A stretch of 63,926 nucleotides of DNA, counting the filler, from Intoshia linei (lineage: Eukaryota > Animalia > Orthonectida), in NCBI GenBank assembly GCA_001642005.1. It is 7 parts of 7 records of this genome, joined end to end, with 100 filler letters (N's around TTAATTAATTAA, not from the genome) between each part and the next. Parts side by side here need not be neighbours in the genome. Positions count along the whole stretch, not along the records: positions 4,214 to 16,672 come from LWCA01001077.1; positions 16,773 to 35,064 come from LWCA01000779.1; 5 more parts are not named here. One strand, given 5' to 3'. The notes below the pieces were generated by a model. That model searched no databases and was not told where the DNA came from. It was given only the letters and a program-made list of their open reading frames with translations. A program made the translations under genes and the position numbers. How positions within the stretch are numbered: the first letter of the stretch is position 1; each line of letters starts with the position of its first letter. Positions 10,722 to 24,133 of this stretch are shown here, one piece after another.

Positions 10722-13700
10722 ATGGAGTTACATGATGGTATGTTTATATTTCTTAGTATATATTTTGTATAGATAAAAGGTTTTTGATAAAGATTCAGGC
10801 ATTTAAATTGAGTTTAAATGCAATCAAATCTAAGAAAACAGCATTTACTCGATTTTATGACAGTTTGGTCAATTTCGAAAATTTATTTTATAATTCGTTA
10901 ATTTTACCCCCACAAAATGAAAATAGTAAAGAAATTGTTAAATCTGCTGTGGAAAATACTACATCTCTATTCTCTGATATAAGTAATGACGTAATAAACT
11001 CTGATTTACTCACAATTACTCTCTCTATATCCAAAATCCTAAATTTGGATGAAATTGTAATGTTTTATTTAGCATGTGTTTCGAAATTAAAGAAAAAGTC
11101 TTTGGATATGGAATTTGATGAGCAAATTATTTTTAATTACTACAATTCGCTTCATGAAGCATCTAAGTTAATTATTGAAATGTGTGATGTACCATTCTCT
11201 GAAGAAAATTTTTTTACCAATAAAGAATACATCAAGTATACTGAATTTCTTCAAAATGCTAAACATTTTATAAGAAACTTTTTTATTTATAAAAGTAAAT
11301 CCAAAGATCAAATTCTGCGTTTAGTTGATGGTGGTATTTTGAAAAAACGTTCTTTCACTGATAATATAATGGAAATTGATTGTAAAATTATGAAGAATTT
11401 GGCAAGTGTTATGCTGACATTAACATGTTTGGACACTACTACAATAAATTACGATGTACCTCTCTTTTTAGATTTTATTTCTAATAATGGAAATATGACA
11501 ATTGAAAATCTTAATAATGAATATAAGAATGAATTATATGTCAGTTGCATTTCTCTATTCTGTATTCTTAGAATATACAAAAACCTCGCTAGATACAAGG
11601 AATTGGATAATCCTGATGCAAACATTTATTTTTATCCAAATGCCGCGCAAATTTATAAATACATTACTGATTCACACCTCTGTGATCCTTTTAAATCAGT
11701 TATTCTGACTTGTTTTGGTTTAGCCGTAATCGTTAATGCGAATAGTTCTTCTCTGGAACTTTTTCCAAAACTTTTTGAAACTTCTACAGAATGGATCAAT
11801 TCGTCAATTCACAATACCTTGTTTAAAGACATTTGGAAGATAATTGAATCTAATTTATTTGATGAAATAGTTTCACCTAGCGTTGAACAACTTGTACATT
11901 TTATAATAATCGAAATTCTTAGTTTTTATCCATCGGAAATAAAAATATTGGCTATTAAGTCACATAAGGAATTGAATGGTGAACATAATACTGTGCAAAA
12001 TATACACGATGATTCCTTTATGAATTTTAATTATTTGGCTGATATTTTATTAATATTATACAGGAATCGCAAATTTCCAGAGCTTATTAATGACTATTGG
12101 GTATTTGATTGTAATAAATATCCATATATTGAGGAACACCAATGGGAAAATGTTTATAATTTCATAGCTTCTATCGCTGTAAATACCACAGATCAATTTT
12201 TCTATTACCTCAAACTTTTAAAATGTATATCTATTACTGAATTGGCTTGTTCCGCTTGCTTTCGATTTTTACAAGCTAATAAAAACTCAATTACTTCATT
12301 TAACCACTTTTGTCAGTCATTGGAAAATTATCAAGAACATATGATAAAAATGGAACTTTTTGTCGGTAAGGAAGCTCATCATAATCTCACTAATGGAGTG
12401 GATGCAGAATTGATGACTCTATCTATTTTGGAATCTGAGACACTGGCTCTTTTTCATATTTTATCTACGTTGGCAAATTTAACGTATTATTCGTCAGATG
12501 TGAGATTAGCAATTATTGGCAATGAAAGTTATTCACCTTCCGATGCAATTATTAATTTGATTCGTATGGATTTGCACTTTAGTTTAAAATCTGAACTGGT
12601 TAAAATACTTACCAATATATCTAGGCATGAATCCAAATTTGCATATTGCGTCTTGAATGCATTCATACAACATGAACACATCTCAGCTGATGGGCATTCG
12701 TCCATCTTTTCTCAATTCAACGTTTTGTCTGATTATGGAAGTGTGGTGGAGTTCTACCTTAATTTTGTGAAGCTACTAAGAGTGTTATTAATGACTTGTG
12801 GTATTACTGAAAATATTGGGAATTTTAACATTGTTTTGCCTCTATTTCAATTTATTAAAAATTTTATATTTGAAGAGTCAGTGCCGTCTCTCAATCTTAA
12901 TCAAATTAAAATGGATACTAATTATATTAACGGTTCTTTAAATTGTAGTGCATATGAATGTTTAGTTACATTTATTTCTTTTTATAACCCAAAACGTGAT
13001 AAATCATTCAATGATGCAAATCCTGGATTTTTACTCTATAAAGATTTCCTGAACGATTCACCTTTATTCAATAGGATATTGGAAAATTTTAAGGATAATG
13101 CTGGTAAATGTTTTTCTTTTTTTAATAACAGCTCAAATTTTCATTTAAAAACATTACTGATTCAATTAAAATTAATTCATTATGCTATTGATAATATATT
13201 ACACTTTTCTAATCATTTCTCTCATGGAACAAAGAATGAGCTGATACTTCAATCCAATTCTTTCATTAAAAATAATGATAAAATGGTTTGCATTGTGGAA
13301 AGTTTGATTCCGTTCATTTCTTATGGTTTAAAATTACCATACCATGCATGGATGGCTATTAATATTTTACAATTGTTGTGCCGAGATGTTTTCAATATAG
13401 AAAAGTTAAATTTTTTATTGGTGTCCCAAGAAAAAACTAAAGAAATGATAAAATATGGTATTATGCAATGTATTGAACTAATCCCTGGTACAATGGAGTC
13501 GGTTTCGTCTATTGAAACCTTTGAATCTATCCAAAATTTGAATCTTCCACCTTCTAAAATGGTTTATGACGAACTCAGAGATAAATTATTTATATTATTT
13601 ATTGAGAATGTGGGTAAACACAAATTTGGCTTTGTGCATCAATTCTTGGGTTATCAACGCTCTAACGGAGTGGAAAAATATAATGCGAGACTGGTTGTAT

Positions 13701-16593
13701 CTAATTCTCGAAATTGTTTGCATTCTATTTTGCATTTATTTTCGAAAGGTTATTTGAATATGTCAAACAATGGGTATAATGTCCACTCGTATGCTTTGTT
13801 GCTTTTAAATTCTCTGACATGTGACAAACTTACAAGTGATTGCACTTTGGATTTTATTAACGATAAATTCAGTTTTATTACTCAACTAATTAAATTCATG
13901 AATTTAGACGTTGATTTTAAAACTAGGACTGAAAATTGTTTAATAAATCACCCCCACGCTCATTTTTCTCATCTTTATCAATCATCTAAAATTCTCGAAA
14001 TTTACATCGTTCAATTCCATAAATTATTACAGGACGGTTTGGATGCTACGGCTATGGAGTTTCAGCAAATATTTTTTAATGTGAGAGCTAACTCAAGTCT
14101 TGAAGATTTCACTTGTTCTATATTTCATAATTTACTCAAGTATGTTTTATATGATATCACTAATATACCGATTAAACCTACATCATTAGAAAAGTCTACT
14201 ACTTTAGAAACACTTTTTGCTTTTCAAATCCCTAATAACAATATTCAGTTTATATCTGCTAATCAAAATTATTCTAAATTGATCCGAAACAATGTTGAAA
14301 ATTTGAAGTTATTGGATCATGAGTTTCAATGTGATGAAGATACGATGGATAACTATTGCAACTATGTTACCAAACTTTACAATTATAAAAAAAGACTTTA
14401 CGCAGAGATACAGTACGCTCAGTCCCTTTCAAATTTGATTTGTTATTTGTTCAAGTTTAGTTGCAATTATTGTAATTTTCAACATATCGATCATTATTTA
14501 ATTGAATCGGTTTTAATTATGACAAAGAAAATTTCTCATAGGTGTGTGCCGGTGGATGTTAAACAGATTCTCACTAAATGTATTTTATTTCTTATTCATG
14601 TTTACAAAGAATATTACTTTAAATTGCAAAATATTACCATTAATAGAGATAGTACACACTGGGGTTCTGCTGTGGTGACCAGATCTCAATCGAGTCCCTA
14701 CCAAGTTATTGCATCTTTAAAATCGCTTTTAGATTTTATCAAAATTTCAGAAAGGTTTGGTGACGGAAATTCTCTCAGCAGATGCAGCATATATTCCGCA
14801 ATAATTTCTTGGTTAGATATTTTATTTGAGAGTGCTCGTATAAACACATGCTATTCTTCCATAGTTTGTCGTCAATACCTGCTAAATGAAGCTAAGCATG
14901 TGCTAGAAATGGATTTTATAAAATTAATATCGATTTTGATTAGTGATGTTGTGGATGGTGTTTTTTCTACAAAATTGATAGCATTGAATTTATTTGAAAA
15001 ACTTATTTCCATTGATGAAAATTCTGTTTGGATTAAAGAAGTTTTGAATTCTGGGTTTTTAGAAATAAAAAGCACTGAAATATTTTCATGTGATTTACAA
15101 CTTTCTGATATTGCAACCTTTCCTTCTAATTGTTTAGATGAGGGTTATACCAAAACTGTTGAAAATATTGAACGGAAATTAGAGCAATATGAATCTGTCA
15201 TGTCACTGTTTTCAAATATTTCTTTGAAAAGCATTGGTGCTTATCATTTTCGCGACTTTTATTTTGTGTCGAAATTGATATCATACGTAATTTACCAACA
15301 ACAAGGCTGTGAAGAATTATTAAATGTTATATATGAAGAAAAATTAGATCCTAGTGCATTAAAAATTCATGAATGCTATTATAGATTGATTATTCCTGCT
15401 ATTAGATTTATATGCATTGTATTTTCTATTATAAAATCTACTGAACTTTATAAACAAATCAAATATTTTATATCAAAGAATTTGCTTGTTTTCGAAAAAA
15501 TCATTGGTCGATTTGTAATGAGTACTGATGATAATTCTTGTGCTGATTGTAATTTGATATTGAATATACTTACTCTGATGAAAGTTGAATCTATACCCAA
15601 AAATGACGATTGGAGTGAATTTGATATTTTAAAAATAAAATCTATGATGATTAATTTATTTTGCACTGTAACATATATGAAGGACGATTCTTTCGAAAAA
15701 TTACCTAATATTAATGAAATATTTCTATGTATTGTGAAATGTATTAGAATGCTCGTTGTTTCAGATACAAATGTTTTGCAATCGTCTGGTGAAAATATTC
15801 TTTTTCTTCCATCATTTTATGAAGTTATTTCTGTCAATTTTTCTAGGGATAGTCAACCACTTAAAATTGAAAATATTAATATCGGATGTTTAGTATTATC
15901 CTTAGATAGTATTATGAAACATTTGAAGTCGAAACTGAAAAGATTTAACAAAATAAAAGATATAATCAACAGACACTCTATTGAAAAAAGTTCTAAGTGT
16001 GTTATTGATGTGAACGAAGTTATTAATTTTTTATTAATTTTTACATTTTTTAGATATTTCCTAAATTGACATTTTCTCCAACCTTGTCTGTGACAGAAAT
16101 AAATGATTATATCATGAATTTATTAAATGAAGCATTTAAAATTAGCGAGAATGAATTAAATATAAAATTATGTTGGAATTTTTTAAATTTTATTTACATT
16201 CTGTTTAGGCACATTTGATAATTTAACTTTTTTATTGTATATTCATTGCCGTTATTATTTGTTTAAATATGCTGCAATGCTGACTAATGAAATGGAACAT
16301 GTTAATCTTGACTATAAATCACATCATGGTGATACAGGTTTACTTTTTTTTATGATATTTTAGTTTTTAGAAAGCAATCAAATCTGGGACAAATCTATGA
16401 TAGATAAATCTTGCTTGAAAAAATTTCGACATGAACTTGATTTTATAAAGCGTAATGGATTTTTTTCTAGATTAGAAACAACATGCCAGGTACATTTTTA
16501 TAATTAACATACATTTTTTTATAGGATTATGCCATTTACAAACCCAATAATTTATCTCTCACAATCCTCCATAGACTTAAACAATTTGTATAA
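10722..16593 (+). CDS. NUP205: Nuclear pore complex protein Nup205
   Basis: ATG at 10722, a 16-nt first exon, an exon of about 5.25 kb (10773-16018), then four short 3' exons ending at 16593. Motifs PGFLLYKDFLNDSPLF, FVHQFLGY, NCLHSILHL and FDNLTFLLYIHCRYYL match recalled Nup205 segments. The size (about 1900 aa) fits. Confidence 0.82.
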
Positions 16594-16618
16594 ATCTTGA
16601 AAAGCTATTTTTTATTGT

Positions 16619-16672
16619 TATTAGGTTGTCCAATAAGTAATGTCATTTTATAGACTAAAACTAAAACGTTTA
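16619..16672 (-). mobile_element. mariner TIR at a contig edge
   Basis: TA-TTAGGTTGTCCAATAAGTAATGTCATTTTATAGACTAAAACTAAAACGTTTA is a near-exact reverse complement of the 74-133 region. Confidence 0.85.
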
Positions 16673-17942
16673 NNNNNNNNNNNNNNNNNNNNNNNNNNNN
16701 NNNNNNNNNNNNNNNNTTAATTAATTAANNNNNNNNNNNNNNNNNNNNNNNNNNNNNNNNNNNNNNNNNNNNGGATATTTACCATTTTGGCTAAGGGCAT
16801 CTGATACACAGCAAGCTAGGATCAATAATATATGATGATTTATAATATTGTAAATGTATTATAATAAAGTTATTTCTTGAAAAGTTTCCGAAATTTTTAA
16901 TGTCTTCCTGCGGACTTAATCCTTAATTATATATATTAAAATTGAGCCATTCTTAATAATTTATTGATGTGAACCGAATTAGCCCTGAGCGGCAAGCAAA
17001 ATCTAAAAAAAATGTAAAATGTTGACACCCTAATGAAGATGATAGATGTTTAGAACACAAAACAGCACCGAATGTGAATCCCTTGTCACTGATTTAATTA
17101 AACTAAAGCAACAATATTATGTTATTATTTTATTGATATAGAAAATGGAACGCATGGATTATTCAATACAGCAAGTGTTCCAAAACTTGAACCAGTTACT
17201 TTCGGTGATGATGTTTGTAATGTAACCATCATTATATTCAGACGTGCAACTATTTAACTCCACATCATGCTCAGTTGAACAATCGTTTTCTATGTTAAAA
17301 TGTATGTTAACGAAAGATCGACCCTTCAAAGTTTTTAATGTTGAAACTTATTTTTTATTGTTTATTAATAAATGAATTTACTGAAAGTACAGGTTTTCTT
17401 ATATTAATTTGGTTGTTTTTAAGTAATTTTTTTAACCAGATTTTAAGAAAAAATTTTTTGACTAGATATTAACGGGTTTTTTTAAGTAATTTTTGAATAA
17501 ATTTTAAAAATGGTATTTAAGGTAACATTCTTTTCAAAAAAACTCAAATATTTTTAATTATATTATTTACAATATTATTAATAAATCATTAATGATTATT
17601 TCTGATAAGACGAAAATCTCATGAAACAAAAAACTCATAAAGTGACTACTGATGAAGTCGTGCAATTACTTAAGTTGAGTTACAAATTGTAACGTACAAT
17701 TGTAAACATAATTTCAAATTAAACTTATACTAAGTAATTAGTAACAATTCGCTGAATTAAATTGAATTTGATTCAAAGGTTTACAGTAGAGTTACAGTTC
17801 AATGGAAGCACTAATTGTTTGTAATACAGACTCTGTATTACTGAATCAGTTACTGATTACCAGTATATTGAATAATTATCACTTTATTGTTAAATTTTAT
17901 TTGGAAATTCGTGTATATGGTAACTTTTGTATTATCGCACAA

Positions 17943-20900
17943 ATGACGACTGAAGGTTTTGATAGATTTAATTTAAATAAAAAGTTGCTAGAGGTTTTAT
18001 TTATATAATTATATTTCATCAATTTTAATTATATTTATCATGCGATATTCGTTGCTGGTGTAATATTAAAATACTTTTTGTATTAAATGTGCCAAATTTG
18101 TTATCAAACTAGACTTGTAATATATTAATGTGTTAACTTGACTGTTATGTACTAATTATAAACACCAGTTAGCTCTTCCGAGGACTGAATTTTTATTGAT
18201 TATAGACAATGAGTGTAATATTAAAAACTATCCAACTGTGGTTGCAACCCTAAGGAATCGTCATGAATAAAATGAATTTCAAAAAAATAAAATCTCAATA
18301 TCTGTAGTCTATAATTTTTTCTTCTATCATGCATTTCGGACAACAATGTATCGACATTGAAATAAATCTAGAAATTATACTAACAAAGTTGTTTTGAAGT
18401 TGATTCTAAACTGAAACTTTTTAAAAATGAGACTGCGTAGAAATATTAAAAAACGAAATAATCAATTTATGAGATTCAAAGCCATATTTCTATATTTCAA
18501 ATGTCTATGCGCTGTATACTATACAGTCAATTCCCATTTTTTTCTAAATTGTAGGATAACTACATTTATTTACATTTTTTAACTTTAAACTAAAAATTTG
18601 AAAAACATTGGTTGATAATATATTAAAAATAATTTTTAACCGGAAATGCGTAGGTTTCTGAGGTTCAAGTTTTGTGTATAGATCAACTACAATAAAATAC
18701 TTCGCAATTAAATAAAAATTAATATAAATTCTTTTTTGGTGTGAAGGCGTCACTTTATCAGATTGAAATTTTTTGTGTGATAGCAGCTGTAATTTTTTTA
18801 AATATTATGGGACTCTTTTTATTTTTAAAAGAAGAGTAATCTGACATTTTGATTGTAAAAATGGACTTTTTTAAGGTTTCCACATATGATAATTCTCAAA
18901 AGTTTAAAAATATCAATATCCCTGAATTTATGTTTTTATAAAATTTTATGACTTTTCATTTTTAAAAAAAGCATTATTTAGGGTTTCCCATCAAGATATA
19001 ATTTGCTTAGGTTGAGATTTAAGACAATGTTAATAATGTAAATCAAATTTTTATGTCTTCAATTTTCAACTAATAGTGTTTTACAACTTTTTAAAAACCT
19101 TAGAGATACACTTTTAGTATTTATAACACGAATTGTCTCTACTAGCAAAGAAATATAAATATTACAAAAATTTTTAAAAACACATCATTTAAATTTGCAT
19201 AACTCACCGATATTTACGTGAGTTGAAATGATAAGTTAAATTTTTCACGTTGTCTAGTTTACAAATTACATTGCACATTAGTTTTCATAATTTAAAATGT
19301 TTCTGTATTCAAATTGTGTCTATAAGCTAAGTTGCACTTGCTGAACTTTTTAAATAGTACATGAAGCATTAATTTTTCAAATGTCATAACGCATTAATGT
19401 ATAAATTCAAACGAGATTTAGTGAAATAAATTGTTTACAAGTAATTTTACAAGACTTGATATAGTAAATCATACTAAAGAGAAAGTAAATCATATTTTCC
19501 ACATGTTGAAATTTTGATTATGGAGTATCATTGAAATATTTTAATTTTTTAAAATAGGCAATAAAAAATGTTGGATGGAATGTTACTACACCAATTCAAG
19601 AAAGAGCCATTCCACTTGCTTTGGAAGGTAAAGATTTATTGGCACATGCACGTACAGGTTCCGGTAAGACTGGAGCATATGTCATACCAATGTTGCAAAA
19701 ATTATATGAATCAAAAATGAAAAAAAATAGTTTCTATATGAATCAATCCATTGAATCTACATTTTCACTTGTTTTGGCACCAACTAAAGAATTGTGCGCT
19801 CAAGCTACCAGAGACATTTCTTTATTAGCCAATAACAGTATTGATTTGATTGATATTTTAAATTTGTCTGCAATTGAAAATGACGCAGAAAGAAAAAAAT
19901 TAATTTATCAAAAACCTCTTATTATTATTAGTACTCCGGCGAAAATAGTTTTTCATTTGAAATCCAAACAATTGATATTTAAAAATACACTTAAGATTCT
20001 TGTTGCAGATGAAGCAGATTTGCTTTTCACTCTTGGATATGAGAAGGATATCAAATTTATCAAAAGGTATTACATTTTTTTACATATCACAATTTTTTTT
20101 AGTTTTCTACCCAATACTTACCAATGTTTTCTATTGTCAGCTACGTTGAATGAAAATGTAGAGAAATTTACTATTCTGATGAATTCAACACCAGTAAATT
20201 TATTGTAATTTTTTTGTAATATAAATTTAGACAATTTTAACCATCAAACAATCAAATTTACCGGATCCTAAATTACTTTCTCAATATTGTATCAAGTAAG
20301 TTTAATTATGGTGTATACCGGTTTAATTCAAATTAGAGAAATTTTCAAAATTAAATGGTGATTTTAATTGTTATTGAATTTTTAATTTTTTTTTCCCGAG
20401 TTTCCTGGCATATTGTATTGGTCAAATTCCATTATAATTTAATACAAATTTTTTATTCATAACTTTCTGAATGCGACTAATCCAAGATTTATGTAGTTAC
20501 ATCTGAATAATTATAATTCTATTTAGATGTGAGCAAAAAGATAAATTTTTATTGTTGTACTGCTTATTAAAACTAAATTTAATTGTGGGACGCACAATCA
20601 TATTCGTAAATTCTATCGATAGATGTTATCGCTTGAAATTATTCTTGTCTCAATTTGGTATTTCATGTTGCGTTCTCAATTCCATGATGCCAGTAAACTC
20701 TAGGTAATTTAAAAACGATTGTGCGTTATTTTTAAATTATTCAGATTACATGTTCTTGAACAATTCAATATTGGCCTGTATAGTACTATTATAGCTTCAG
20801 ATGAATCAATTTCTTTGTCACAATCAAAGAATCGGTATTTCACTTTAGGTAACCTTCATATAATCTTGTAGATTGAATAAGCAAAAAGATATCGAATATA

Positions 20901-21682
20901 GTGTATCCCGAGGAATAGATTTCCAGAATGTATCAAATGTTATCAATTTTGATTTTCCTAAAGCTACATCTGCATATATCCATCGAGTTGGAAGGTAAAA
21001 ATGAATAATATTTTGGAATTTCAAAATATTTGCAACTTAATTTTTAGAACTGCCAGAGCTAATGCTTCTGGAACAGCAATATCTTTAGTATCGTTCAATG
21101 AATATGTATTGTATGAAATGCTACAAAAAATGTTTCTAGATTGTAATGTTCCAGACTTGCAATGTAAACCTTATCAATACAAAATCTCTGAAATTGAAGG
21201 GTTTAGATATCGAGTAGAGGTATTTTTATTTATTTTTTTAATATAACTATTTTTAGGATTGTTTAAAATCAGTAACAAAATTAATGGTTAAAAACGCTAG
21301 GCTGGAAGAAATTAAAAATGAAATGATCAATAGCAAAAAATTAAAGGTATATTTATTGTGCCTTTTTGGGGATAAAAAATTGCTTCTTAAAGTAACGTAT
21401 ATGACCTAATCTTGATTTATTAATTATAGAATTATTTTAAACAAAACCCTCGTGACTTTGAAACTCTTCGACATGATCAAACACACTCAAAATTAAAAAT
21501 ACAAACTCACTTGAACAATATACCTGATTATCTACGTAAATTTTTACTTGATCAAATTGAATGTTTTAATTGTAGTTCCGGACTCTCTGAAAAATGTATC
21601 ATATTCCAAAATACCAATAAAAAAAGAAAAATTTAAAGCCAAAATCAAAAACACTAGAAAAGTTGAAAAAATTGTCAAATAA
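17943..21682 (+). CDS. DDX56: DEAD-box RNA helicase DDX56/Dbp9
   Basis: Exon 1 [17 protein letters not shown] (17943-17993), a 1.56-kb intron, then [79 protein letters not shown] and the C-terminal [11 protein letters not shown]...IPDYL typical of DDX56. Confidence 0.95.
18135..19025 (-). mobile_element. Diverged Helitron-family copy in DDX56 intron 1
   Basis: ACTTGACTGTTATGTACT end motif at about 18135, and internal blocks (GTTGATAATATATTAAAAAT, GAAATGCGTAG, GTGAAGGCGTCACTT) shared with the copies at 39.9-40.6 kb and 46.3-47.0 kb. Confidence 0.6.
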
Positions 21683-21700
21683 TTTTGTATATTACACTAT

Positions 21701-23299
21701 TTAATGTACAATTTTTTGGTACTTGTGCAAAATATCTTCATTTTGAACAAACATTTGAACAAAATCCTCGCATTCTATTCCATAACGAAAATAGTGATGG
21801 ATGTAAAATTTTGAATTGTATAATTGCCAAGCTTGGGAAATTGTGTCGTCAAAACGAGAAATTAAATCAGCATCAAAATTAGTTAGACATGTCATGGATT
21901 TATCAATTAATGGCATGGGATTATAGAATGAATAACGAAATTGAGGCTTAGATTGGATAAATAGTTTGTATTTGTTTGAATTAGAGTTAAATAATTCTTT
22001 GGTAACTTTTTCATTTGCAAGGTTTGTTCCATACATGTATAGGAGTAGTTTCTTTTTGAATGGACCTAAATTGAATTTTATAAATGTTAAAAGTATTATT
22101 TATAATTTTTGGTTTTAAAAAAAATTAAAAAAATAGTCATAAGAACTACATACAAAAGTAATCGCTTGTTTGGTGAGATATGTCGTTTAGCAGTGAGAGC
22201 CATGTTGGATTTTCAAATATTTTTGCGTCCTTACTGATGAGTGGGCTCATGTAGCAAGATGTAAATTTATGAGAATATGTTTGAAGTGATTCTCGAATGT
22301 CTGCTAAAATTAAAATTGAACGTATAATACAAAATATATGTTCAAAGTTTTAGGCGTTTAAAAAATTTATAATTACCTAAAGGTAATGATTGATAAATGA
22401 ATTTTGTATCAAATTTGTAGTATGGAATGAGTAAACTAGCCAATTGCGATGAAATAGTTTGGTTAATTTGTCGAAAAGATAAATCTAACCGATTTGAATG
22501 TGAAACTTGGTTACTCTTGTTTTTGTCATTCGGAATAAAAGACATTGTATCATTTAACCTCCAAGATAGTTGCAAAAGATTGTCATTTTTTGAGACTAGT
22601 ATAAAGTCTGATAAATAATATATTTTACTGAGAGAGAAAAGACAATTGTAGGATTGTACAGTAATGTCTCCACAAGAGTGTGGGAAAATTATGTGATTCA
22701 TGAGAAAAATTTTTGGATACGTTTCTCTAATGCGTTCATTTAAAAGAGAACCTATTCCGGATCCCGTACCACCTGACATACTCATGCAAATTATAATCGA
22801 TACATCTAAAGAGGTTCCTAATTCTTCATGTATTCTTCTAATTTTATTCATTAATTGATTCATTATATTGGGCCCATTTATTTTGTAACCAACTGCCCAG
22901 TTGTTACTACAACCTAAAATTAGATGAGATGGGTAATTAAACTTATATCAGCAAAAATTATATACCGTTATTGGATTTGACCAAAATGTGCTCGTCGTCC
23001 CTATACCAATAAACAGCGTCGTTAGATTTATATCTACCACATCCATTCTTGACTTGAGTTTTCCATTCGGTATCAATAGAAATGGATTTAATTTTTAAAC
23101 ACTTCAAATCCAAATTACCAATAACATTGCTAAAAAAAAACTTGTCAGCAATCAGATTGTAAAGGTGTCTGAATTTTCCATTTTGGTCCCCTAGAGCTAT
23201 TTTTTGTTTTAATTGAGACAATACTTGACAAATGGTGTTTGCAAATTCATTTCCAATCTGATTTCCACACTGCCCCAACAATATAAACAAAATTGACAT
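21701..23299 (-). CDS. TUBD1: Delta-tubulin
   Basis: Four exons carry MSILFILLGQCGNQIG, GCSNNWAVGY, MSMSGGTGSGIGS, IIFPHSCGDITVQSYNCLFSLS and the delta-type C-terminal AWQLYNSKFYIHHYFRYGIECEDF. Confidence 0.9.
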
Positions 23300-23440
23300 G
23301 CTTTCATAAAATGCATGACAACCAATAAACATTTTCAAGATAAGATAATATTTTAGTCACAGTCTCGGTCACTGTCTGAAATTGAGACTGCATTTATCAA
23401 CTTTAGTCCAAGTCGATGTGTAAAGTACACAGTGTAACAC

Positions 23441-23791
23441 ATGATGTGTATTAAATGGTTGTCATGTAAAGATATGACCATTCATAATTACTATAAATAT
23501 TTGGCGCAATTTTGTTTATTCACTCAACAGGACAGTTGCATTGAATTATTTTACATATTCTTAAAAACATTATTCATCCTCATTTATATACCAACGATGG
23601 GTTTAGTTATGGGAATTATGCGCATGTTTGGTTTTTATAATAAAGTTGATCGACATGACCCAAAAGAAATTGAAAAATTACTAGATTCACTTTCGTTTCG
23701 TATTCTTTATTTGGCTATAAATAATTTTGAAAGAGCAATTGATTTGTTTGATCCGCACTCACCTAGACTGTATCGTGAATATGTTGTATGA
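23441..23791 (+). CDS. Hypothetical small membrane protein (116 aa)
   Basis: An open 116-codon frame in stop-rich DNA, with one hydrophobic stretch, divergent from TUBD1. No family recognised. Confidence 0.45.
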   Translation: MMCIKWLSCKDMTIHNYYKYLAQFCLFTQQDSCIELFYIFLKTLFILIYIPTMGLVMGIMRMFGFYNKVDRHDPKEIEKLLDSLSFRILYLAINNFERAIDLFDPHSPRLYREYVV

Positions 23792-24133
23792 TCTTAAGGT
23801 ATATTATTATTTTATTTTACATGTTATATACGTGTATTTTGTTTTAAAATTTAAATTTATTTTCACAATTTATGTAAACTGAATAATTTTATCTAGATAA
23901 CGTTATCAACCTTTACAATTAATCTTATATAGCTTCAGGAACATTAAGAATATCGAATATATTTAAATTTAAAATTGTAGTTTATTGTATTTTATTTAAG
24001 TAAATATTAATTTGAACATCCCTCGTGTTAATTGTTTACTTTTGATCGGTTTTTCATATACTTGTTCATCTATATATTTAATTCCTGTATCGATTTAAGT
24101 AATATTTATTTTTTTTATTTTATTTGGGTTTAG

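Noticed and set aside
11502-15666. Short ORFs inside NUP205
   Set aside because: Alternative-frame or antisense shadows of a long coding exon.
16773-17400. Moderately GC-rich stretch with intron-like segments and TGATGA/CTGA boxes (possible gene or snoRNAs)
   Set aside because: No consistent spliced frame or recognisable protein on either strand, no convincing guide or terminal stem, and a hAT-like TGACACCCTA end lies at about 17024. Left unresolved.
10784-19623. TTG/GTG/ATT starts in the ORF track, suggesting alternative initiation or genetic code
   Set aside because: They are ORF-caller artefacts. True ATG-bearing first exons were found upstream (10722, 17943, 6001), and the standard code gives conserved proteins.
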